Assembly: GCF_018977255.1 (NCBI RefSeq)
Contig: NW_024704742.1
Location: 68,326,001-68,390,000 of the forward strand
Length of the DNA stretch: 64,000 nucleotides
DNA from: Callorhinchus milii
Lineage: Eukaryota
Direction of reading: 5' to 3'
Numbering within the stretch: the first letter of the stretch is position 1; every line of letters begins with the position of its first letter. The notes under the pieces are model-generated. The model ran no database searches and had not been told where the DNA came from. It worked only from the letters and a program-made list of their open reading frames with translations. Positions 47,901-59,900 of this stretch are shown here, one piece after another. Both the position numbers and the translations under genes were made by a program.

Positions 47901-50900
47901 ACTTTTATCTTATTTATTACATTGTTAAAAAAAACTCAAACCACATTCAATCCAACAACTGCAGAACATGTGTCAAGTAAATCTCTTCCTTTAGGGGATA
48001 ATACACAGCTGGTTTGATTTGTGGATTTGAACTTGTGTTTTAAATTGTCTAAAAGAAACAATGAAAAGCAGAACTTGCTATTATGACCTGTGGATAATAT
48101 GAAATAAATAATTTACATTAAAGTACGAATGCATATTACACTGGACAACAGAAATAGTATCCAGAAAGTACACTGGGTGGGTTAGATAATGGCTACTTTA
48201 AAATAGATACAAGATACAACTTGCTCAGTCAATTTTCAAAGTCTCCTCTTCGACCCCTCCTTCGGTTACCCTCCCTGCCGTCCACCCCTCCTGATCCCAA
48301 CCCCATGCTCAGGTCCAAATCCCTGACTCTCCAGCGCCTTGGGACGTCGATTGATGTGAAAGACCCTATACAAATGCAATTTGTTGTTGTTTTCCATTTA
48401 TTTCTTCTGTTGACGAATTATCACAGTTTAAGGTTTGAAGATAGAACTCTGAAATCACTCATGCTCCAGAAGACAGTGATTTCCTAACAGATATTTTCTA
48501 CACAGAATCAAGCCATTGGGCCCATTGTATCAGTGCTCCTGCTATTTTTCTACAATCATCCCACTTTCCATTTCTCTTAATATTTATGTTGCTTGGGTGC
48601 TTATCCAGTTCAGTTTCAAACAATTCTATTGATCCAATCTGAAATGTTAGTGGTGGTAATGAATTCCAAACCTTAGCAACTCTGAATTAAGTCGATTTCT
48701 AATCTCTTCCTTAATTCGTTTTGCTAATAATCCCGAGACTCTGACCCTTGTTAGATTCTCCAATTGAAGGAAATAATAATAATCCTTGCATTTAATATAG
48801 CTCCTTATCACGCCGTTGAGAAGTCTCAAAGCGCATCACAGAATACACTATAGAGTGAATTGACTATATTTTGTGGGAGCAACGCGGCAGCCAATTGTGC
48901 ACAGCAATATCTCACAAACAGTTGAGGATTGAGTGACCAAATTACTATTTGTTTTGAAGGGATTATTAACCCCGGAAAAGTGATTTGCCAATCGACTAGC
49001 AGCCACGTTCCTACTTACCGCTAGTGAACAGAAGCGTGAGGAGGAAGGAAACTTGCCTAACTTTTCGCCCTGCCCGGGAATCAAACCCAGGTCCTCTCAG
49101 AAATAATTGTTCCCACTTACTCTGTCATGCTCCTTCGGTATTTTAAAAACACATACATCACATGCCCTCTCAATCTCCCGTGTAGAAAACTAGGCTGAGC
49201 ACCCTGGTAGCAGAGTTGGCTTCACAGTGGTCAGGTCTATTTGCCAAACCCTTTCACATGAGCACCAGGATTGTGCTTGTGCTAAGTAAGGCTGGTAAGC
49301 GACATTGGATTTAGACCCCAAGAAAATCAAGATGGCTAGCACGTCACAATCTGTCCCATAAAGGTCACCCCACCACACTGAAGGCAGATGTTCATCAGAC
49401 AGCTGACGAGGAAACTCTGAGGCTTGAGGTGACAGATGCTGGAAGCTATTATCGGACATCCAAGTTTGTGAACAAACTTTCTTAAATTCAGGTCTTGGAA
49501 TCCACCTGCAGAGAGGTAAGCAGCTGCTGCTCAAGCTCCACACCTCCAATTGGTGGAACCATCGCTCAATGGAAAAGAATATCCTTTCCAAGGAATATTG
49601 GGGAGGACAAGTTTGCAGGGCTATGGGGAGACAGTGGGATTGATTTAGATAGCTCTTTTCAAAGAGCCAGCACATACACGGTGGGCCGAATGGCCTTTTC
49701 TGTGCTACAAAATTCTATGATTCTATGAATATGTGTCCGAGCTGTGGGCAGGAAAATGGTGGCAAAGCTCTCACACATTTCATGCTGTGGAATTGTCCAC
49801 CAGGAAGCTCGCAGAGAGCTCCTAGTGAGGGCTCAACCCGGGCTTATCGGATGCCAAATGAGGACAGAGTTTAGGACAGTTGCATGCAAGCCAAAGCCTT
49901 AACGCATAGAAACATTTTGACATGGACCAGTTGAGCCGAATAGCCTGCTTCTGTACTGTATCATTTTATGTAACTCAATGAATTTATCGTACCTTCCTCC
50001 ATCCCTCTCTTATTTATATATATATATTTTTAAAGTCATTTGTTGTTTAGCGTCTGTTCTGTAAACATCGGGCAGGAGATGTGAACAGGACACAAGAGGT
50101 GCCCACAGAATAGCTGTCTAATCAGGGACAATTTGTTTAAGGTCTGTCACTTGAGGAAGATGTGTTTTAAAATTCACTTCCTTTTTTCTCTCGAATTGCG
50201 TCAAAGTAAAGATTTGAATCCTGCATCATATTACCAGACAGTGATTGATCAATTACTTGTATTACCTCTTTCCTTTCTTTAAGATTTGTAACCATGACAA
50301 TGGTTGCTGTGTTTTGCTCCCATATCATCCTCCAGAAGTCATTCACAGTTTCTTCCTTGGGCCCTAAGATATTGAGTGAGGTTGTGGGGAAGAAGCATAA
50401 AATGACTTCTCGCGACATAGCTCAGAATGCAAATTCAAAAAGCACCTCCTATTTTTAGCATTAATCCAACTATGTTGACAAAGAAACACAACCTGTTTTA
50501 GCACTGAAATAATTAATTCATGCCTCAACACAAGCTGAATAACAGATTCTGAAAATAAGGCAGCAAATACAGGAGTCACCAAACCATTTTTGTTTTCTGC
50601 ATTTGCCCACTAACTTGTCAATATTAAGACATAAAAATAATTATAGAGTTAATTACCAAGCTATAAATTATCTAGATCCCTTCTACTGTCTCTTGGGGCT
50701 CTCTGTGAAGTTGTCCTTGGATCCAGGTATTGACTGATGGGTTAACCTTTTGCTTTTCACTACTCGCTGCTGCCAATAAATGCCATTTGTCAAACCTCCA
50801 CCAGTTGTCAATATAGATCAATATTTTATTAAAATTTGCAGTCAAAGCAAATAGCATGTAGATTTTATTTGTGTCACAACACATCTTAGATATCCCCTCC

Positions 50901-53900
50901 CCTCTTTTTTGGATTACTGTGACAGAAATCCTCCTACCGACTCCAGATAAAAATAAATTCTTGCATTTATAAAATCCTTGCATTAACAAGACCCAGTTGA
51001 GACCTGCTGGATATGTTTAGTGGACTTAAAGAAACATTGCTCTAATATTCGATGGGAACTTTCTAAGAAACACAGGAAGAGGCACCTGTAGAAAAATATT
51101 CAACAATAATTTACAAGAAAACAAACCAGTTAATTATATTTAAAAATATTAGGTTTTCTAAAAAACTCATTATTGTTGCATTAGACAATTATGTGCAACA
51201 CGTCACTGGAGATCAAGATTAAGAAAATGATTACTGTGTTTAAATGCAAGCAGTTTTGAGTGCTCCAAGACACTATCCTGTGTGAAGGGCGCTATATAAA
51301 TAAACTTTGTTGCATTTACCTTGAGCTGCTATGAACTTGTTTTTGTCTTGATAACCCTAAAACAGAAAATATATGACCAGCTTATAAAACAGCAAAATTT
51401 CTCTTCACCTCGGTAGTGAAATGATTTACCTTTATTAATAAAATGTAATAATACCTTCAAAAGACTGTTCAAATTACAACTCTATAGCTGAGGTTTAAAG
51501 AAGAAAGGCAACGAAAATAAATCACAACTCCAAGTGACTGGAAACAAAGCAACTTCAGTCAGAATTAATTCTGGTTTATAAATCTGGGTCTCAGACTAAA
51601 ATTGAGGGATGTTCTTAGCAATCTGATGCGTGAATTTATTTCCCTGGTAGCAATATACATGGGGCTTCTGTTTTTCAACTTATTAATTTTATTTTTCGGG
51701 TTTATTTTGAGCAATTTTTCGTGTTCTATGTGTATGTCCAAAAATCGATTGGTGGATGGTTGGGGCCTTCCCTTACTGTAATGAGAAGCTTTAGGTGCCT
51801 TGTGCACTTGGACGGAAGAGATATTACATTTTAATCCAATGTTATTTTTAAATCGGTCAAGATTCTGCCCCTTTCCAGCATCTGTGAGCTGAGAGAAGCT
51901 GAGCTTCAGTTTGAGTGTCGAGGTGGGAACAGTACTCCCACTTGGAAGTTTCAAGTCGCAATCGAAGGTTGAGTTTGTAGAGTTGAAACAACACAGATAT
52001 ACATGCAACTGCCTGAAAGGGCGGTGGAAGAAGATTCAAAAATAACTTTCAAAAGAGAATTGTAACACTTAAAAAGAAAAAATTTGCAAATCTATGGGGA
52101 AAGAGCAGGGGAGTACAACTAATTGGATAGCTGTTGGAAAGAGCTGGCACGACGGGTTGAATGCTTGAACACCACGGGAAACATTAAAGCAGAAAAAGTT
52201 CAAGCACGGAAACATTTTGTCCCTCTTTATAGATAGTGCTTCTCCATGCCACAGCTCAACCAAGAAGACAGGCAAGTGTCTGGTGCTAAGGTTCTGCCAG
52301 ATCAGCTTCATAAAATGTGCAGTAGTGGATTTAATGACAGAATATAAAATGTTTATGACCAAGAAATACTATGTATCAAATGGCATTCATGAACTATAGT
52401 CATGCCTCTTCATGCCACAATATGCAGACATAGCATAGCTTTGGACTACACTTAGCTAACAATAAAGTTTACATAACACATTAGAGACTTGTATGGCTAA
52501 ATATCCTGTAACACTGCAAAAAGAAAAGGAAGTTTCCTGGTGTCTGAGCTAACAACCCCCAAGCTAATTGGTCATTCACTTTATGGGTGTTTGTGCGACC
52601 ATTTTGGTGCAAGTGGCTGCAATGTTTATCTATAAAAATGGTCATGACATGTGACAGCAATTACCTGTAACTCTGAGAGGTTTCAAAGTAATGATGTTAT
52701 AAAAAAGCAAGCTTCTTCTATAAAAAAATACTTTTACAACCCATTTCTAAACTGTTCATAGTATATTTATGCATTTAACTAACGATTATGTGTTGATTTT
52801 CCAACTTACGTTTATGTAAGATGCATTGATAAAGTCGGAGTCTGGAACACCTTCCACAGGTGTCAGGTGAACCCGAGAATGGTCATCTGAAACAGAAAAA
52901 AGGAAACGTTCCTATCAGAAACAAAAGGAACATGCAATCAGCATTACTAAACCAACTACATAATGAGCACATGAATAACTTTGTACATTTGTTCTCTAAT
53001 TTTCTTTTGGTCAATCATGTATCTGACACATACAGAAAACCATCCCCATGCTTAAAAGTATCCAAACCAGACAGATTCGCATATGCGTCCCTCCAGGGAG
53101 AGAGACACATTCCATTCCAACAATCAATCTCTGGGATTTCCATGTGTAAGTGGGAAGCATGGAACTCTCAGTTTGGTTTGGATATTATTAAGCATGGTGA
53201 TAGGTTTCTGCATGTATCAGACACTCGGCAGACCCCCCAAAAAGGCACAGAGAGAAAACCATCCCCTTTCAAAGTATACAAACCAGACAGAGATCCACAT
53301 ATGTATGCCACTTACATGTAGGAATTTCTCTATGCCTGGAATGAAATGTAGATTCTCTCCCTGGAAGGATGTAACCTACTTTCCTAATTCCACAAAGTAT
53401 TACGCAAAGATTGTTGAGAATCAAGGCTTGGGGACCGCAGAGTGTGAGTTGGGGTACTGCTGATGTTCAACCAGCTAAAAAAAAATCATTTTCCACTGTC
53501 TGGTAAAAAGCTTCCTGCTACTTATCCACCCTATTTCATTACAGATCACGCAACTTTGGCTTGTAGGGTTAATAGGAGCCAAATGGGAAGAATCCCTGCT
53601 CCCAGTGACTGCAGCAATTCTCTACAAACCTGTTCTCTAAAGATAAGCTTAGATGGTCTGTAAAACAAAATTCAAAGGAAATCATACTCTTACTAAAGAT
53701 TTCTGGGAAGTGAAATTGGTTTCTTGTTCAGAGGGTATGATTTCATACCCAAGACATTTCATAACTTTAGAACAGCTAATATGGTCCAGTTGATATTTCT
53801 TGAGTGCATAGATTCTATAAGTTAGATCTCAGCATTCTTTCTTCTCTCCTTGCTTAAGTTTCAACAACAACTTGCATTTAATCAGCACTCTTCATGCGGG

Positions 53901-56900
53901 ACAGCATCTCGGAACATTTAACAGTGGCGGAGCCTGACGCCGAGCCGGGGGGAGGGAAGAGGTGACCGTAACAACAACACAATTACATTTGTAAAGCCCT
54001 TTCACGTCGGGAGGATGTCCCAAGGTGCTGGACAAATAGAGTTACGGATCCGAGTTGGGGATCGGGATTGGGGAGGGTGGAGGGCAGGGGGGGAAGCAGG
54101 GAGATCGAAAGTACGGTTGAAGAGGAGGGTCTTGAGATGGGTCTTGAAGGAGGCAACGGAGGGGGCAAGGCAGAGGGATTGTGGAATGGAGTTTCAGAGG
54201 CTGGGGGCAGAGTGGCCACCTGCTAATAGTGAGGCGAGCGAGGCGGGGGACGTGAAGCAGGCCGGAGCCCGCTGAGCGGAGGGAGCAAACAGGATGGTAG
54301 GGGGTTAACACGGTTTCAGTTGGAATACGTACAAGGCAGGATGTTAACATATCGGTTCTTCTCTTTGTTTTCTTCTTTTGACGCAGCTTCACAAGAGGCT
54401 TGGATTGGACATGTGGGGAGAGCCTATGTTGTCATGGAAACACAAATGACTTCAGTAAATTGCTTAATAAAGAGTTTGAACTCTATGCACAGAATATTTA
54501 AGACATGCTGCTGTCAAAAGCATAGAAAATGTCAAAGCAATATTAATATTTTAGAAAATGACTTAAAATATGAATCCACTAATTACTCAATTTTACATCA
54601 AACTGGCTTGTGCTGTTCAAGGCAAGTGATTTACTTTCTTTACCAATCACTTGCTTGTACAATCAAAATATATTCTATAAAAACCTTAAAATATTCTAGT
54701 TTGAGTATTACCATTCATTGCAGGCCAATTAATTTTAAAGCTACAGTCATAGATAGCAATGTATCTTTTTAAAACCATCAATACAAAATTCTGAGTCTAC
54801 TTTAGCAAACTAGCAATTAAAAACTTGAAAGCCAAGATTCAGGCATTGGTTTGAGAAACTGCATTTCATTACAGATCACGCAACTTTAATCTACCGATGA
54901 AAGAATAATCACTTTCTTAATTGAGTGACAAGATGAAAGGTTTTTATTTATTTGAAAAACATACAGCTCTAGGAATCAGGAAGCCACGAATGAAACAAAG
55001 TGATAATAGACTGACTAGAGTAAGAGGAAGCCCTGACAGAATTTCTACCATAATCCAAACGTATGCAACCAAAGTTAATATGGATGCAACCAAGGTTACT
55101 ATGGGAGGCACAGGTACAAATAGCGGAGGCTTTGGCTACAATTTTTCAATCTTCGTTGGACACAGGAGTGGTGCCAGAGGACTGGACAGTGGCCAATGTG
55201 ACTCCCCTGTACAAAAAAGGACAGAAGGACAAACCTGCGAACTACAGGCCAGTCAGCCTAACATCAGTAGTGGGGAAACTCCTGGTAAACAGTAAGAAGG
55301 ATAGCAGCCAACTGCAGGAAGACATAGACAGAATGGTAAAATGGGCAGACACGTGGCAGATGAGTTTCAATGTAGAGAAATGCGAGGTAATGCATTTTGG
55401 TAGAAAGAATGAGGGGAGGCAATATAGGCTGGTAATACAATCTTAAGGGGGGGGTGAAAGAACAGAGAGACCTGGGGGTTCAGGTAAAGGAATCCTTGAA
55501 GGTGGCAGGACAGGTAGATAAGGCTGTAAAATGGGCATATGGGATACTAGGCTTTATAAATAGGGGCATAGAGTACAAGAGTCAGGAGGTTATGATTAAC
55601 CTATATAAAACACTGGTTAGGCCTCAGTTAGAATACTGCGCCCAATTCTGGGCACCAGACTATAGGAAGGATGTTAAGGCATTGGAAAGGATGCAGAGGA
55701 GATTTACGAGGATGGTCCCAGGAATGAGATGCCTTGATTATGAGGAAAGGCACGAGAGGCCGGGATTATTCTCATTGGAGCAGAGAAGGTTACGAGTAGA
55801 CCTAATAGAAGTCTTCAAAATCATGAGGGGATTTGATAGGTTAGACAGGGAAAAACTGTTTCCACTGGTGAGTGTGTCGGTAACTCGAGGGAAGGTGAGA
55901 AGAAATTTTTTCACGCAGTGAGTTGTTCGAATCTGGAACGCATTGCCTGAAAGAGTGGTCGAGGCCGATTCGATAACTACTTTTAAAAACACGGTGGACG
56001 GGTATTTGAGGAGGACGGGTTTGCAGGGATATAGGGAAAGGGCTGAGAAGTGGGATTGACATTAATTGCTCTATTCAAAGAGCCGGCACAAACTCGATGG
56101 GCCGAATGGCCTCTTTTTGTGCTGTACAATTCTATGATTCTACGATTCTATTCTAGCATCAACGACAACTTGCATTTATATAATGTCTTTCATGTAAGAT
56201 AATGACTTGGAGCACTTCATAGAGATGAGGTTGGACGCTGAGCACGAGAGAGGGAGGCAACTGTTGATTGGATTTAAAGAGAGAATGGTGTCGAGAACAC
56301 ATCGGGAAGAGGAAGTTCCAGAATTTAGAGACAAAATTGCTGATAGCGTGACCACTGATGGAGATACAGAGAAGGTGGGGGAATATCCAGCAGGTCTGAG
56401 TTAGACAAGTGGAGAAGGCGAGCAGAAAAGTAGGATCACAGAAAATGGGAGGGATTTATTATCTGTGAGGTAAATCTGTTTATTACTTGCTAACTCCTTG
56501 ACTGCAGGTGATGTCACCAAGAGGGAATATATCGATGAGACAAAGGAGGGGACTTAAAGCATGAAGGGATTTATAAGTGAGGATGAGGACTTTGAAGCTG
56601 ATTGGATGAGAGACAGGGAACCTTAGGTGGGTTCCATGTCTACTACATCAGTAGACATGGAATCAAAAGTTGAAGATCTGAATTCTTGTCAACTCCATGT
56701 CTGTGCATGGTCACCAAGAGGGAATATATAGATGAGACAAAAGAGGGGACCAAGGATAGAGCCCTGAGGTATTCTGCAGGTGACTCTGTGAAGGTGGGAG
56801 CAGAAACCATCAGGGGAGACAAAGTGGAGGTGATTGGGGAAGGATTGGAACTAGGAGATGAGGTCAGTCGGAGATGGACGAGGGAGGAAAGGCAATCGAG

Positions 56901-59900
56901 GAGGATGGAGTGGTTGACAAGGTCAAAAGGAACAAAGAGGTCAATGAGACAAGGTGGCAGAGGAATGGTGATGACACTAGGCATCCCTTTTCATTGACAC
57001 CAGTTTCCAGTCAATCAAGTGTTTTTTTTTGCACAAATAGTACTGATGGGAGTCCTGTAGCTCAGTGGTTAGAACACTCGCCTCGCAAGCGAGAGATTTA
57101 GGTTTGATTCCCGACGGGGCGAAATGTTGGGCAAGTTTCCTTATTCCACATGCCTGTTTACCTAGCAGTAAGTAGGAACCCGATTGTTAGTCGATTGGCA
57201 GATCGCTTTTCCGGGGGTAATAATTCCTCAAAAAAATAATAATAAATTGGTCACTAAATCCACGACTGTTTGTTGAACACTGCCGTGCACAATTGGCTGC
57301 CGCATTTCGCCCACAAAATATAGTCAATTCACTTTACAGTATATTCTGTGAAGTGCTTTGAGACATCTCGAAGACGTGATAAAGCGCTATATCAAATGCA
57401 AGGATGATTATTATTTCATACTGTGCCTTCAACATACAATACAATTTCCAATTATACACTTTCACATCAGGCGACATCTCAAAGCACTTAACATTACTGT
57501 TTGACCACACAAACTGGGGGTGGAAGCCAAGTGGGGCGAGAAGAGAAAGATGACTGAAAGTGTGGTCAAAGAAATATGTCCTTCAATAAAGCGATGTGAC
57601 TATTATCTCTCAACTCCCTATCCACTGGCAACAATTTCCACCCTTTCAAAAACAGCTGTCATCACTCTTTAAAAACTTTAAAAAACCTTCCCTGGACCCA
57701 TGACTGCTGTCAAACTACCGCCCCATCTCCAACCCACATTCCCTCCACCTCACTCCCTCCTTTACCTACTTCAAGGAGCATCTCAAACCCTCCTCTTCGA
57801 CCAAGCCTTTGGCCACCCTCCTACCCTCCACCTCCCTGATTCCCTGCTCTGATCCAAATCCCTGACTGTCCAACGCCTTGGGACGTTCTCCCGACATGAA
57901 AGGCGCTATACAATGTCATTTGTATTTGTATATATTGTTAGTGGAGCTTTTATTAAAAAAAAGTCAATGCAAAAACAATTGCAATGTACATCTTGATGTA
58001 CAGAATTCTTTACCTGTCTGAATCCAAACTGGGACTTGCACTGGATCTCGAGTATAATAATAATCCTTGCATTTGATATAGGGTTTTTCACGTCTTCTAG
58101 ACATCTCAAAGCACTTCACAGAATACACTGTGAAGTGAATTGACTGTATTGTGTATTGACTATATGCTCCCCCTTGGTGCCATCATCCGCAGACATGGGG
58201 TTAACTTCCACATGTATGCGGATGACACCCAACTCTACCTTTCCTCTTCTATCCTCAACTCCACGACCACCGATGTCCTGACAGACTGCCTGTCTGACAT
58301 CGAGCCCTGGACGAGAGACAACTTTCTTCAGCTCAACGTGCGTATAACTGAGGCCCTCCTGATTGGTTCGCGTTAGCGCCTCCGCACCTCAGGCGCTGAC
58401 AGCATCAGCATCCAAGGCTGCACTCTCCACCTCTCAAAGCCATCAGGAACCTCGGGGTTCTGTTCGACCCTGAGCTGTCCTTTCTTCCTCATATCCGCGC
58501 CACAACTGGCACCGCCTTCCATCACCTCCGGAATATCGCCAGACTACGGCACTACCTCACCCCTCACGCTACTGAAACTCTGGTCCACGCCTTTATCACC
58601 TCAAGGCTGGACTATGGGAACTCTCTCCTCGCCGGCCTTCCCGGCACCTCCCTCCACAAGCTGCAGGTCATTCAGAACTCTGCAGCTCGTGTACTGTCCC
58701 GCACCAGGCTTCGGGACCACATCACTCCCACCCTCGCTCGCCTCCACTGGCTCCCCATCCCCCAGAGGATCGAATTCAAGATCCTCATCCTCACCTACAA
58801 GGCCATTCACGGCCTTGCTCCCTCCTACCTCTCCGACCTACTATCCCCCTACCTACCTGCCCGTACCCTCCGTTTCTCTGGCTCCGGTCTGCTCCACATC
58901 TCCGCCCCAACCGCCCTACCATCGGTGGCCGGGCCTTCAGCCTCTCAGCCCTGAGGCTCTGGAACTCTATCCCCCAGTGCCTTCGCCGCTTCCTCCCTTT
59001 CCTCCTTCAAGGCCGGTCTCAAGAACTTTCTCTTTGACCGTACCTTCAGCTCCCCTCTCGACTCTCTACAACCTCCTCGCTCTCTCCCTTCCCTCCCCTC
59101 ACCCTGACCATTTCCCCCCTGCTCGGGTCCCGACCCAACTGTCCAGTGCCTTGGGACGTCCTCCCGACGTGAAAGCTGCTCTAATAAATGAAATCTTGTT
59201 GTTGTTGTTGTGGGAAAAACGCGGTAGCCAATTGTGCACAGCAGTGTCCCACAAACAGTTGTGGATTGAAGTGACCAATTTTATTATTTTTTTTCTTGAG
59301 GGATTATTATCAGGCATGTTGAGTAAGGAAACTTGCTCAAAGTTTCGTCCTGCCTGGGAATCTTGCTTGCGAGTGCTCTAACCACTGAGCTACAGGACTC
59401 CTACATGTGTTTGTGGTGGGAGGGGGATTGTATCCAGATAAGGCTCTACACTGCTTTGCATCTGGTAGTCCTTAAAAGTGCTCTCAACTGGGAAATTCCC
59501 AAGATATAAATGTATAATACCATTGATCATAACAAGCAGGGCTAAATAATGGCAATATGGATGAGGGAATATTCTGGAGCTTTGTGTATATTATACAAGC
59601 AGCATCCATTCATTGCTGTTTTGACGTCAAAACGACGTGGAGGCCTGTAGTTCATGGAGTCCTGTAGCTCAGTGGCTAGAGCACTCGCTTTGCAAGCGAG
59701 AAACCTGGGTTTGATTCCCGGCAGGGTGAAACCCTGGGCAAGTTTCCTTACTCCTTGCGCCTGATAATAATCCCTCAAGAAAATAAAACAATAATGAATT
59801 GGTCACTTCAAACCACGACTGTTTGTGGGACACTGCTGTGCGCAATTGGCTGCCGCATTTCGCCCTCTAATTTACAGTCAATTCACTTTACAGTCTATTC

